Part shown: positions 32,451-43,144 of the stretch, piece after piece | Layout of the letters: every line of letters starts with the position of its first letter | Numbering within the stretch: position 1 is the stretch's first letter | Origin: Savitreella phatthalungensis | Lineage: Eukaryota | Direction of reading: 5' to 3' | DNA length: 64,000 nucleotides | Assembly (NCBI GenBank): GCA_051599415.1 | Contig: AP039715.1 | Coordinates: 186,001-250,000, forward strand | Notes under the pieces: generated by a model | Database searches by the model: none | Seen by the model: the letters and a program-made list of their open reading frames with translations, nothing else | What the model was told of the DNA's origin: nothing | Made by a program: the position numbers and the translations under genes

Positions 32451-33479
32451 TTATCGGAGATAATCCGGGCTAATGCAAACAGCCTCGTCGATGTTGTCTG
32501 ACGGGACGTGCACCGTCCGGATCAGGGTCCACCATGGCAGCCAGGACTGCCTGTATGTCTGAAAATGAACTTCGAGTTGGCGAGGCGTGGGGAGTCCCTC
32601 GAATTGGAGCGCGCCCTGCCGGAAAGCCCACAAGCTCGGACCCAGTGCCACTCGAGCTCTAGGCGGGACGTCGATGATGTTCATGCCAGCCACCATCAGA
32701 CAGGTTGGCAACCGTACGTACAAGGTCGTCCGACATAATTTGGGCGCGACGACCACTCGAGTCACGTTGAATGTTGCAGACTGGATCTGTGTTCTTGTAG
32801 CACTAACGTTTCGCTCAAAGATCACATTGGCCGAGGCTTCGTGACTGACGCCCACAGACGCCGCCAGCGTTCCGCCGCGAGTAAGCTGGTTCTCCAGCGG
32901 TGAGAAGTCCTGGAGGTCTTCGAACTTCTGCCAGGGGTATTTTGCTGGGTCATATACCTCAAAATACGTCAGTGAAAGACGCCCTTGTGCGGACTGGCCG
33001 CCTTGAATCGTGCACTGGTTGTGCAAAACAATAGCCAGCCTTTGGCTATGGTTCGCGGTGCTTTGATATTCACCGGCTATAAGCCCCAGACTACAGTTCT
33101 TTGCAAACATCCCGTCTTCTGACCGGGCGAGTTGAACCAATTCTGGAAAGTTCAGCTTCCGCAGGACTTTGAGCTGCTCCGACGGACAAGGAGCCTCGCC
33201 GCGCGTAGGGTCACTGTTGAGCGGAATTGAAAGGGTTGAGGTTCTAGCCGGGACACAAATGCCAGTGCTGCCTTCCGTGCCCTCAGTGGCGATGTCGACC
33301 TCGCTCAAATGTATTTCTGGGTTACGGGTGCTACCCGCACCGACATCGTGATGTTCCGAGCTGGTGGTGCCGCTGGTGCGATTAGTGCCTTGCTCAGAGA
33401 CTGAGCTGTCGACGGCTGTGCCGTTGGGGTCAGCATAATCGTGGACTTCCTGACGGATCGACATGATTTCGTTGGTCAT
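32451..33479 (-). CDS. orphan protein (~342 aa) with disordered N-terminus and a beta-pore-forming-like hairpin
   Basis: Intact ORF. ATG 33479 (gccATG) lies 74 nt downstream of TATAAAAA. Ser/Thr/Gly-rich alternating segment TRGGTLAASVGVSHEASANVIFERNVSATRT. Possible in-frame 63-nt intron at 32721-32659. Confidence 0.55.
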   Translation of the reverse strand: MTNEIMSIRQEVHDYADPNGTAVDSSVSEQGTNRTSGTTSSEHHDVGAGSTRNPEIHLSEVDIATEGTEGSTGICVPARTSTLSIPLNSDPTRGEAPCPSEQLKVLRKLNFPELVQLARSEDGMFAKNCSLGLIAGEYQSTANHSQRLAIVLHNQCTIQGGQSAQGRLSLTYFEVYDPAKYPWQKFEDLQDFSPLENQLTRGGTLAASVGVSHEASANVIFERNVSATRTQIQSATFNVTRVVVAPKLCRTTLYVRLPTCLMVAGMNIIDVPPRARVALGPSLWAFRQGALQFEGLPTPRQLEVHFQTYRQSWLPWWTLIRTVHVPSDNIDEAVCISPDYLR

Positions 33480-33552
33480 GGCTAACGTTATGTGACTGGT
33501 ACGTATTGTCTGCGTGTGTCTAGTGGTTTGGAGAACTTGCTGGCGATTGCGA

Positions 33553-33560
33553 TTTTTATA
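33553..33560 (-). promoter_or_regulatory. TATA box of orphan gene at 33479
   Basis: TATAAAAA on the minus strand, inside the track's longer ORF and upstream of ATG 33479. Confidence 0.5.
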
Positions 33561-34855
33561 GGGCGGCGGTGAGCTAAATGCGCATTGGTGAACAGTGATC
33601 AGTAGTGGCATAACAATCTCGGAGTTGACAGGCTATCAATTTGCAGCTATTGGTTCGAAGGCGAGGATCCTTGACAGTGACGATAACTCAGAGTCAACTG
33701 ATCCTCATCAACGATGGCCTCCGTGTTGATTGATACGGTTGTGTCGGCTAGTTACGCGAGAATCGTGCTCAACAACACACTTTTGCGAGGCCTAAACGAT
33801 ACCGGGACAATCTTCGCTTCAGTGGACGAATCTTGGCTTGCTGAAAACTTCAGCAAGAGTGACAACAGCTCGACAGAATCGTGTCAGTCTGCTTGCTGCT
33901 TGCAACTTCCGTTTGACCTCGTGTGTCATCGGTGGCAAGCGTGTTTTGGCAATTGAAAGGAGTAGGAAACGAAGTGGCTCGCATCCGACGACATGGTAAC
34001 ACTATCGCATCACGTCAATCGCAGACACTGTGTCACGTCTTGCAACAGCAGGATCATAACACGCGGACGATGCTGTTGGTCGGCGTTAGGGCTCCACGAC
34101 TGACAGATCTAAGGATTCCGGGTTCCGCTTAGATTTCCCACGCACGATGACCGGACACCTGACATCCTTTGAAAGTCCTTTGACTAAACAAACTATGCTA
34201 TGAGGGCAAAGGAGCCTCGCAAGGCATCTGCTGCATGGCTACGTACCTCTGGAGAAGAGTACACGTACATCAGACGGTTGTCGAAGGTTATATCGACGTA
34301 CGCGGCATCACATATGATGCGCACAATAAATGGTCACTTACACGAGGCTGACACTCATCAAAATTTTGGTTCTCATGGCGACATCTTACCGGGCACCACG
34401 AGAAATCACCTGGCATGCTTTCGAGGCGCCCGAGCCATACCGACTATGCTCTGAGAGAGAACAGGAGAGTCACGAGTCATCTGCTGCTGCAAAGTACCCA
34501 TAGGACGAGATCGGACGAGAGTCGGAAAGCGACTCGATGCATGTGGTACCGGTCATCACAAATTGGGTCAACATGTCCGGTCAGTGGCGTTCAATAGGTG
34601 TCAAGGGAGGTTCAAACTAGTCAGGTTGGCGTTCCTTATGATGTCAGGAGCCCGTGTATTCCCCTCGACGACGTTGACCAGATCTGTACAAGAGATGACA
34701 ACGTCCCCCAGCTAGCGCCACCCTAACACGTTATCGCCTGACGCATCCTAATCATACTCTTGTCATCCGTCCCCAGTTCAGTCTAATCAAGATGGGTTGA
34801 AGATGCGGGAATAGACTGTGCGATCTGTTAAATGATTGGCTGATTGATTTGGCAG

Positions 34856-35880
34856 GTGAAGCACACGTATCAGATCTACTGGCATTCACAATGCACAGTC
34901 TCGGATAAATTTCCATTTCGGTCTGGACAGATCTGCGTATATGTCTTGTTTGAGGACGCATTTATTCCATCTCTTTTGACACGGCGAGGCCTCCGTTGTC
35001 TCCACAATACAAACCAAGGGGCGTCTGTGAAGATCTCGAGCTGATCTGGAGATGTCAGTCAACTAAGGCGGCTCACAGTAGCCGTTCTGCTAGTTCAATG
35101 CCTCGGTATAGCCCCATCGCGCCTCATCACGCCCCGCTTGCGTGACAACCTCTCATTACCAAGTGACGAGGACGGCCCATCGGACCTAAGGGAGGTCAGA
35201 TTGTCTGTAGAATAATTTACATCGCCGATGCTTGTTGAGTGAGACATTCGTGTGGGTTTCACGCTCATCCGATCGGTCTTCCTCCCTGTACCTTAGAACC
35301 AGTCCCATTACATGCTATTCAAGAACTGCGTCAAGCATACGGATCACGAGTTGTGCAAAGCGTCACCATCACCTACGCAGAAGCTGAAGCACAGCTTCTG
35401 TTTAGAAGCATCGACGCTGCATCCAGCTGCGTCATCATGATGGGTGATCCGACGAAAGATCCTCGACATCATTCAATTGCCCAAAGCACGTGGATGACTG
35501 GTAGCACATTTGTGCACTATGCGGCTGCTCAGGGTCTAAATGCACGCTATCTGGAGTGATGCACTTGATCTGAACCCCTCCGCTTTCCACAATCATGCGT
35601 GTCTTGAGGACCAGCAGATCCTTACCCACCATACACAAGCAATCGACAATGTATTCGTGTATAAATTTGACGACACCCAGATCGGGGCAGAACATCTAGG
35701 TTGCCTGATCCCGATCCGGCCGCTGCTTTTGTCGCTACAAATGAATCCATGCGTAGCAGATATCGCTTCCAAATGTCTTCCTGCGATTCCCATTCCTGCC
35801 TCTCTTCTGTGCTTCGTATCATACGATCGCCAGCTCCGCCGGCGTTTCTCCTCTGGTCGGTCCTACACAGAGCTTATCCA
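34856..35880 (+). pseudogene. possible decayed gene of unknown family
   Basis: A branch/acceptor-like GCTGAT..CAG at 34855 is followed by successive protein-like frames (34844-35044, read-through to ~35215, 35239-35559, 35540 onward) broken by stops and frameshifts. No recognisable motif. Confidence 0.2.
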
Positions 35881-35889
35881 AATCGCTGC

Positions 35890-36359
35890 TCAATCGATCA
35901 AGGCGGCGATCATCTTGTACAGGTACCAGAAAAACAAGAGCAAGTACGCGCCGAGCTTGAAAAACGATTCCCTCTGGTGCTTCGACAGCGTACGGAAGAT
36001 CTCAGTGGCGTCGAGGGTGACGTCGTTGTTGCGCAGCTTGTTGGCATTCCAAGCGACGATTGGCAGGTTCAGGAAGAGCGTGAACCAGTTGCCTGTTAGG
36101 AGGAAAGTGAGGGTGATGAATGCATGAAGTGCCATCTCCGGCCTCAGGTACGGATTCAGCTTATTCACAAGGTCGATCGGGTTGATATAGTCGCATGATA
36201 AGTCGCTGTAGAAGATGGTGAAGAACACCTGTAGTACAATCAACCCGATGTTGAGCAGAATCACAAGGATCCAGTCTAGAGGAGAGAAATGGTCAGCAAC
36301 CGGAACTTGACGCTTTTCACCTAAAAGGCAAGGTTAGACTTACACCCTGCGCCGAACAT
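35890..36359 (-). CDS. ERV14: cornichon-family ER cargo receptor; join(36359..36344,36275..35890)
   Basis: The 68-nt intron has GTAAGT / GCTGAC / TAG. The spliced 133-aa product reads [35 protein letters not shown]...[18 protein letters not shown]. Confidence 0.95.
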
Positions 36360-36948
36360 TGTGGCTCAGCAAGGATCTATCAATATAGCACCTCTGAAGG
36401 CTGGTAGAACCCTGGATTTGCTGCGCAAGCGTGCCTGATGGCCTGTATAGTGATTTCTCTTCGTGCTCGTGTGCTCAAGCGCGCGCGGTTTTCGACAGCT
36501 GTTGGTTCACGCATCAACCCATGGCTACATAAATTCACCCGTGGAACAGAGCGAACGTCACCAGCGGGCACAAACATGCAGCCGAGCAGCCAGCCAGCCA
36601 CGGAAATACTTTGAGAGAAAATTGTATGTATGCATATAAATATCTGCCAGTATATCTGCCAGTATGTTTGCATAGCTATAGCTAGACAATTGATGCATGA
36701 TATTATACAAGGGATGAAGAGACCTCATTTACAGTTTACAGTTTAAATGTGAAATGCAATATTTGACTTCAAATGGTATCTTATAGTCCATCCTACAAGC
36801 ACGTGCACCCGAGCACTACAAGATACCTATCAATAGTAACGGCCATTCCACTCGCACTCAGCATCAGGCAGGACCTCAACTAGCTATAAGATGTTCAGAC
36901 AGTTGCTAATACTACCGATCCAGTCGCTGTCATAGGCACCGCTTTGCC

Positions 36949-38562
36949 ATGACTTCTGTCGCTGGCAAAATTCCACCGGCGGATGTCGAGATCGACTATG
37001 ATGCGCTGGTCTATCCGGAGGCAGTGGCCCAGTCGCTGCACTGTCCTATATGCAAGAACGTTCTCTTGCAGCCGCTTGAGACGGCTTGTCATCATGTGTT
37101 CTGCTCACGCTGCGTGCGCAGGGCCCTTGCAGACAAGCGGGAATGCCCAGTCGACCGGATATCTCTACCGAATGGCGAACGCGACTTGACGCCTTGCTCT
37201 CGCCTCGTACACCAGCTAATCGACGAGCTCGAGGTGATATGCCCGAGCGCTGGATGTACCAAGGAATTACCGCGTGGGCTGCTTAGGTATCATCTTGCAC
37301 ACGAATGTCCACACTTCCTCGTCGCGTGTCCGGATACGGCTTGCACAAAGACCATTACGAGACAAGAATTGCTTGCTGGTGGCGCTTGTCCACACACGCC
37401 CGTCGCTTGTGATCATTGTGGCAATATGATTGAGGAAGGCTACCGGATACAGCACCTCGACGAGTGCTCGGAGCTCTCACATCAGTGTGCATACTGCGCA
37501 GACGAGCTGTCGGCGGACGACATCCGCGTCCATCGACAGTTGTGCGAGTATGCACCGGTGGACTGCAAGGCCAGTGCGATGGGATGCGACTGGCACGGAT
37601 TGCGAGGCGATGCGCTCGATCACGATCGTGCTTGCGTCCTCGTCAAAATGCTGCCTTACCTCGAGAAGCAGCGCAAGACACAGGACTTACTCAGATTGCA
37701 GGGACTAGTGATGCGTGACTACCTATACTCGACAGCCGATCGCCGTGGCGGCGAGGGTCTGATTCATCCGAGATCCTCCATGGCGGAAATCACTCCAGAT
37801 GACGTGCCGGAGCTCGACAGTGTGCTCGAGATCTCTACCGAGTACTCGCGTGACAGACAATACCTCTTCAGCACACTCGAGCATCAGGCAGCCGCACTAG
37901 ATCACTTGCACAACATTGTCGCTACTTCAGAACAGCAGACACGTGCGCAGCTCCAGCAGGATTCCGCTCGTCATCGAGATGAGATGCAGTACGTCCGTGG
38001 TGCCATCCATACCTTACGCGGCCAGTTGCATGCGGTTGTCCATCAGCTCCACCATGCTCAGATGGGATCGCGCCCAGGAAGCTTCGGCGCAGGAGTTCCT
38101 TTCGCAGGCCTCATGCCTGGAATGCCACCTCCGTTGCCTACGCCATTCGCTGCCCGACCCGGTCACGTGACCCCTCCTCATTCGCACCAGCAGCCGCCTC
38201 CTACCCAACAGCACTTCCGGACTGACGACCTCGTTGACCCACTAGCCGACATCTCCGCTCAGCCGACCAACCCGACAGCGGCCGCACACGCGGCCGCAAA
38301 CCCTACTAGCAGCCTGCTTGGAGCGCAACGGGATTTGCACGAGAGCGTACGGGAGGCTGTCGCTGCTGCGACTGGTCTCGGTGCGCGTCCCGAGGGTATG
38401 CCAATGTCGACAAGGCGTTCCACCGCATCCGCCCTGTCAGGCAGAACGACAGGTCAATCGTCAGTCAGCTCCACTCCGCCACCACTCTCACCACGCCTCA
38501 GAGGCGCAAACTCCCGAAGCCTGTCCGATGCCAGCTCATCGCGTCAGCACGTGAAGCTGTAG
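36949..38562 (+). CDS. RING finger / TRAF-type zinc finger protein (putative E3 ligase)
   Basis: C3HC4 RING (CPIC...TACHHVFCSRC...CPVDR), repeated TRAF-like Cys/His fingers, a coiled coil and a Pro/Ser-rich tail. No MATH domain seen. Confidence 0.85.
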   Translation: MTSVAGKIPPADVEIDYDALVYPEAVAQSLHCPICKNVLLQPLETACHHVFCSRCVRRALADKRECPVDRISLPNGERDLTPCSRLVHQLIDELEVICPSAGCTKELPRGLLRYHLAHECPHFLVACPDTACTKTITRQELLAGGACPHTPVACDHCGNMIEEGYRIQHLDECSELSHQCAYCADELSADDIRVHRQLCEYAPVDCKASAMGCDWHGLRGDALDHDRACVLVKMLPYLEKQRKTQDLLRLQGLVMRDYLYSTADRRGGEGLIHPRSSMAEITPDDVPELDSVLEISTEYSRDRQYLFSTLEHQAAALDHLHNIVATSEQQTRAQLQQDSARHRDEMQYVRGAIHTLRGQLHAVVHQLHHAQMGSRPGSFGAGVPFAGLMPGMPPPLPTPFAARPGHVTPPHSHQQPPPTQQHFRTDDLVDPLADISAQPTNPTAAAHAAANPTSSLLGAQRDLHESVREAVAAATGLGARPEGMPMSTRRSTASALSGRTTGQSSVSSTPPPLSPRLRGANSRSLSDASSSRQHVKL

Positions 38563-38612
38563 ACGCACAATCTCATGATGTCCTGTCCCATGGAACATTT
38601 TGCACACGCTGA

Positions 38613-39908
38613 TTATGTGTCTTTGGGAGTGGCTGCGGTGGAGGACTGATGAGATGGCGGCTTCTTGGTCCGTTTACCTCGGCTGCTGCTTTTCGCTGCA
38701 GACGTTGCCTCTGCGGAGGATGACGTTTCGTTTGGCTTGTTTGCAGCAGGCTTGGTGGTAGACGGCTGCTTGCCATCAGCTTTAGTGCTCTTACCGCTGC
38801 CCCCGCCACGCTTGCTCTTCTCCGATCGGCTTTTCGGCGTTCCATCTCCACTGGCCTTCCCTTCATCCACACCAGCCTTCGCAGTTGCACCCTTGCCAGA
38901 TTTACCACTGCCTGATCCTTTGTTCTTGCCCTCTGAACCCTTCCTGGAGGCAGGTGCGCCATTGTTATGTGCAGCATCGGCTTTTGCTTGCGCGGCTTTG
39001 CGCTTCTCTTCCTGCTGTTTGGCGCGGTCAGCTTGCTGAGCGGCTTGCTTCTTGGCCTGCTTGGCCTTGGCTCGTGCCTCGGCTTTCTCCCGTTGCGCGC
39101 GAATGTGATCGATCAGTGGAGTGGAGGTCGGAACGACGACCGCAGGACCATCTTCGGCGCCATCCCCGCCGTCGACGTTGCCTGAAAGTGACTCGACAAA
39201 TGCCTTGTACTCCTCATCATCGCCAAGCGTTCCCGCGTACCGATCACGACCGCCCCGCCCGCCGCCCTTTCCAGCCCGTCCGCCGCGCGGAACTTTCTGA
39301 TATGGCGCGCGCTCTACGTGTGCAGCGACCGTGTCGTGTGCTACAGCACCTTCAGCCGTGCCAGTCCCGGTCAAACCTAGATTGCCGCCTGCCACTCGGA
39401 ATCGTAAAGGTTGCGCAGCGACGTGCTTCAAGAACGCCGTCATGAGGTCGTGATTCTTGAAGTTGATGTAGCAGCGTGCAGGTCTGGAAGGACGGCTGCC
39501 AGAATTCGTCACCTTGCCAGCCTCGAATCGGATCCAGTCGATAGCCTTGTCGTGCGATGCGATGGACTCCCTGAACGTTGTCTCCGGCAGGTCTGCAGGC
39601 AGTCTGCGCACGACCAGCTTGCAGCTCGTCTGGACCACACCGTTCAGCCGCGCAGCCTTTGGTGGAGCACTTGACGCAAGATCTCCTGAACGCGCGCCAT
39701 CTCGAGCCCGGCGTTTACGTCCACCGCCAGAGCGGCGCTTACTGGAACTTGGTTGATCTGTAGCGGCTGCATTGCCAGCCCCGCCGGCACCCGAGCTACC
39801 GCCATCGTCTCCCCCTGCTCCCTTGTTTCGGCCTCGTCTGCCCTTGCCAGCCCGGCTGCGTCTGCTTCCGCCAGCCGCGCGCGCCTCTCCTACCGGCTGC
39901 TCCGGCAT
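38613..39908 (-). CDS. UPF3: nonsense-mediated decay factor Upf3 (Smg-4/UPF3)
   Basis: KLVVRRLP..L, RCYINF, VERAPYQKVP, GTL.DD.EYKAFVESL and STPLIDHIR. First ATG is at 39908. Confidence 0.88.
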   Translation of the reverse strand: MPEQPVGEARAAGGSRRSRAGKGRRGRNKGAGGDDGGSSGAGGAGNAAATDQPSSSKRRSGGGRKRRARDGARSGDLASSAPPKAARLNGVVQTSCKLVVRRLPADLPETTFRESIASHDKAIDWIRFEAGKVTNSGSRPSRPARCYINFKNHDLMTAFLKHVAAQPLRFRVAGGNLGLTGTGTAEGAVAHDTVAAHVERAPYQKVPRGGRAGKGGGRGGRDRYAGTLGDDEEYKAFVESLSGNVDGGDGAEDGPAVVVPTSTPLIDHIRAQREKAEARAKAKQAKKQAAQQADRAKQQEEKRKAAQAKADAAHNNGAPASRKGSEGKNKGSGSGKSGKGATAKAGVDEGKASGDGTPKSRSEKSKRGGGSGKSTKADGKQPSTTKPAANKPNETSSSAEATSAAKSSSRGKRTKKPPSHQSSTAATPKDT

Positions 39909-40408
39909 CCACAGACCACTCACACCCTGTCAACCCTTGTCTGGCCCGATCGTCGCGGCGAACCTTTCTCCTTTGTGAGGCTCAAGAGCGATGAAAAACT
40001 GTCGTGGTCGATGAGCTCATCAAGCGCTTACTACACACTGTAGATTGTAGGGCTAGGGAGCGAGCACATGCACGAACACAGTTACGCGTAAGATTTCCAA
40101 CACAAATTGTAAATTCACTGAACCTGCAGTCATTGACGTGCGTAAGAAGTCCCAGAAAGACTCTCTCGCACAGCCTTCAGATCTACTAGACAGACGTGGA
40201 GAGCGCTAGCGCTGTCAAGCAGCTTATCCAACAGCGTTCGTGAAGACAAAGTCGTGCTTATCTGCTCGACCTGTCCTGCGCTGCGATCGGTCTACCTGCA
40301 GACTCACGAAGTCAAAGCGTCTGCACCGGCGCAAGCGCTTCAGAACAAGATATATACAGGATTCAGTCGCTGTCGCAGCTCTCACAGTAGCGATCGATAC
40401 ACATCGCA

Positions 40409-41329
40409 ATGGCTGGCTCACTAGATGAGTGGCTGGAGAAGGCGAAGAAGTGCGAGTATCTACCAGAGCCCGACTTGCGCAGACTATGCGAGATGGTGAA
40501 GGAGATTCTGATGGAGGAATCCAACATACAGCCTGTACGCACTCCTGTTACAATCTGCGGCGACATACACGGACAGTTCTACGACTTGATGGAGCTTTTC
40601 AGAGTAGGCGGTGAACTACCAGATACAAACTATATCTTCATGGGCGATTTTGTCGATCGGGGCTACTTCTCCCTTGAGACCTTTACACTACTCATGTGCC
40701 TGAAAGCACGGTATCCGGACAAGATGACATTACTCAGAGGCAATCATGAGTCCAGACAGATCACACAGGTATACGGCTTCTTCGACGAGTGTCAGACAAA
40801 ATACGGCAACGCGAATGTCTGGAAGTACTGCTGCCAGGTATTTGACTTTTTGACGCTAGCGGCTATCGTGGACGGCAAGGTCCTATGCGTGCATGGAGGA
40901 CTGTCGCCAGAAGTCAGGACCCTCGATCAGATCCGTGTGGTCGCGAGGGCTCAGGAAATCCCTCACGAGGGGGCGTTTTGCGATCTCATGTGGTCAGATC
41001 CAGACGACGTCGACACATGGAGCGTCTCTCCACGAGGCGCAGGCTGGCTGTTTGGCAGTAAAGTTACAGACGAGTTCAACCACGTGAACGACCTCCAGCT
41101 CATCGCAAGAGCACATCAGCTCGTCCAGGAAGGCTTCAAATATCACTACGACAAGCAGACGCTAGCGACAGTTTGGTCGGCTCCAAACTACTGCTACCGC
41201 TGCGGAAATGTTGCTTCCATCATGCAGCTCGATGAGACGTTGAATCCAAAGTTCAAGATCTTCACAGCAGTGCCTGACGACCAGCGTGTCATCCCGCAGC
41301 GAGGTCAACGAAGCGAGTACTTCCTATGA
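40409..41329 (+). CDS. SIT4: PP6-type phosphatase catalytic subunit Sit4/Ppe1
   Basis: [53 protein letters not shown] and a C-terminal YFL. Confidence 0.96.
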   Translation: MAGSLDEWLEKAKKCEYLPEPDLRRLCEMVKEILMEESNIQPVRTPVTICGDIHGQFYDLMELFRVGGELPDTNYIFMGDFVDRGYFSLETFTLLMCLKARYPDKMTLLRGNHESRQITQVYGFFDECQTKYGNANVWKYCCQVFDFLTLAAIVDGKVLCVHGGLSPEVRTLDQIRVVARAQEIPHEGAFCDLMWSDPDDVDTWSVSPRGAGWLFGSKVTDEFNHVNDLQLIARAHQLVQEGFKYHYDKQTLATVWSAPNYCYRCGNVASIMQLDETLNPKFKIFTAVPDDQRVIPQRGQRSEYFL

Positions 41330-41756
41330 GACGATCATTGCAGCCACTGCTTCACAGCTTGCAACGACTGGGACAGGAATATCCGCGAGACCACGAATCA
41401 CTTTTGACCACTCTCATGTATCATAGCCCAATGACTAGCTTGCTGCTTAGGCTTGATGCTTGCACTGCGTTCTGTCTGCCCGGCGAGTCGGCTAGTGCTC
41501 GCTCACGTACGACAGGCTACGCGACTGGGCGCAAGATCTCGTAACGCTGTAAACAAGGAAGGCAGAAAGTACAGCTCAGCTTCATGTTCGTATGAGCAAA
41601 TGTATAAAATCTATGAGACATGCACACTTATGCAGACATCTTGGCAACTCTCTGTGCACACAAAGCTAAAGGGCTCGTCCTGTCATGCGCAAGACAGTAG
41701 ACTAGACGTTTGTCCCCGTCACTACTTGACCGGCTAATCGCGTATCCTTGAAGAAC

Positions 41757-43112
41757 ATGCACGTTGCCGTCGAAGGCTGCTGCCACGGCGAACTCGATGC
41801 TATTTATGCTGCGCTCGCTGAGAGAGAACGTCAGATGGGCGTCAGAGTGGACCTGTTGCTCATAGCTGGAGACTTCCAGGCGTGCAGGACAGAAGCCGAT
41901 CTAGAGTGTATGGCTGTACCACTGAAATACCGCAGGATGGCAGACTTCGCAGCCTACCACCGCGGAGACAAGCTCGCTCCGGTGCTCACAATCTTTGTCG
42001 GAGGCAACCACGAGGCGAGCAATCATCTTCAGCAGCTGCCTCACGGCGGCTGGGTCGCTCCTCGTATCTGGTATATGGGTAACGCTGGAGTAGTTTGTTT
42101 CCGCGGTTTGCGGATCGCCGGAATCTCTGGGATTTATGATCACCGTGACTACCGCCGAGGACGTCATGAACGTCCTCCGTACACGCCGTCCAGCCTGAGA
42201 TCAGTCTACCACACGCGTGAGTATGACGTTGTGAGGATGAGCCTGTACACAGGTCCCCGGATTGACGTGTGTATCTCCCACGACTGGCCAAGGGGCATCT
42301 ACCACCACGGCAACAAGAAAGAACTCCTCAAGCGGAAACCGTACTTCCGAGATGAGATCAACCGCAACGATCTCGGATCTCCAGCTAACGAGTTGCTGCT
42401 CAAAAGGCTGAGGCCTCGGAGGTGGTTATCGGCACACCTGCACGTGAAATTTGAAGCTTTGGTCAGGCATGAGGCGATGCCGGAGAAGTCGCGCAAAAAA
42501 GCGGCCTCGGATACCGTGCACGGAGACGGTGGAGCACAGACACGAGCACGCTTGAATCCAGATGAAATTGAGATTACACTAGACAGCAGCAGCGAAGACG
42601 GCGAGGCCCCCACAACCATCGAGACAAAGCAGCCACCATCTACCGCCAGCGAACACTCCGAGCTGGAGGCTTACCGGCAGCAGGCACTGGCACGTTTGGC
42701 GAGTCAGGACAAGACAGAGGATGCGATCGAGACGCGGTTTCTAGCGCTCGATAAGTGTCTACCTCGTCGGCAATTCCTCGAGATTCTGAACTTCGACCAC
42801 ATCCCCGAATCCCCGACGTCAGATGCAGGTGACAGTCATGGACTCTCGTATGATCCAGACTGGCTTGCTGTCGTCCGTGCTATGCACCAGTACTTCTCAA
42901 CGGGCGCGTACCAGCGGCGTCTGCCGGATGAGCAGGTGCTGGCAGAGGCAGTCGCGGCTGAGCGCAGATGGGTCGAGGAAAATGTCCTGAGTCTATCGAT
43001 CCCAGCCAACTTCACGAGCGATGTAGAAGCCGTCAAGCTGGACAGTAACTCGCAAACAGCGGCGTTTTGCGCCATGCTGGATATTCCACATCCCTGGAGT
43101 ACCGCAGGATAG
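41757..43112 (+). CDS. DBR1: RNA lariat debranching enzyme
   Basis: VEGCCHGELD, GDFQA.R, FVGGNHEAS, SHDWP, SAHLH, TRFLALDKCLPRR and YDPDWL. ATG at 41757. Confidence 0.96.
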   Translation: MHVAVEGCCHGELDAIYAALAERERQMGVRVDLLLIAGDFQACRTEADLECMAVPLKYRRMADFAAYHRGDKLAPVLTIFVGGNHEASNHLQQLPHGGWVAPRIWYMGNAGVVCFRGLRIAGISGIYDHRDYRRGRHERPPYTPSSLRSVYHTREYDVVRMSLYTGPRIDVCISHDWPRGIYHHGNKKELLKRKPYFRDEINRNDLGSPANELLLKRLRPRRWLSAHLHVKFEALVRHEAMPEKSRKKAASDTVHGDGGAQTRARLNPDEIEITLDSSSEDGEAPTTIETKQPPSTASEHSELEAYRQQALARLASQDKTEDAIETRFLALDKCLPRRQFLEILNFDHIPESPTSDAGDSHGLSYDPDWLAVVRAMHQYFSTGAYQRRLPDEQVLAEAVAAERRWVEENVLSLSIPANFTSDVEAVKLDSNSQTAAFCAMLDIPHPWSTAG

Positions 43113-43144
43113 CGAGTTCATATAGTACAGCAGTTGGGAAAGGA

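Noticed and set aside
27900..35880. Intact transposon or endogenous virus as the explanation for the island
   Set aside because: No transposase, reverse transcriptase, integrase, RdRp or capsid motifs were recognised, and no LTRs or terminal inverted repeats were seen.
35540..36127. 195-aa plus-strand ORF overlapping ERV14 as an intact gene
   Set aside because: Its 3' part is the antisense of ERV14; only the 5' part is kept, as a possible pseudogene fragment.
36276..36343. Nested/recursive splice site (CTAAC..TTTTAG|GTGAAA) inside the ERV14 intron
   Set aside because: The first piece would be only 23 nt with the branch site abutting the donor, too short to splice, and the second donor is weak.
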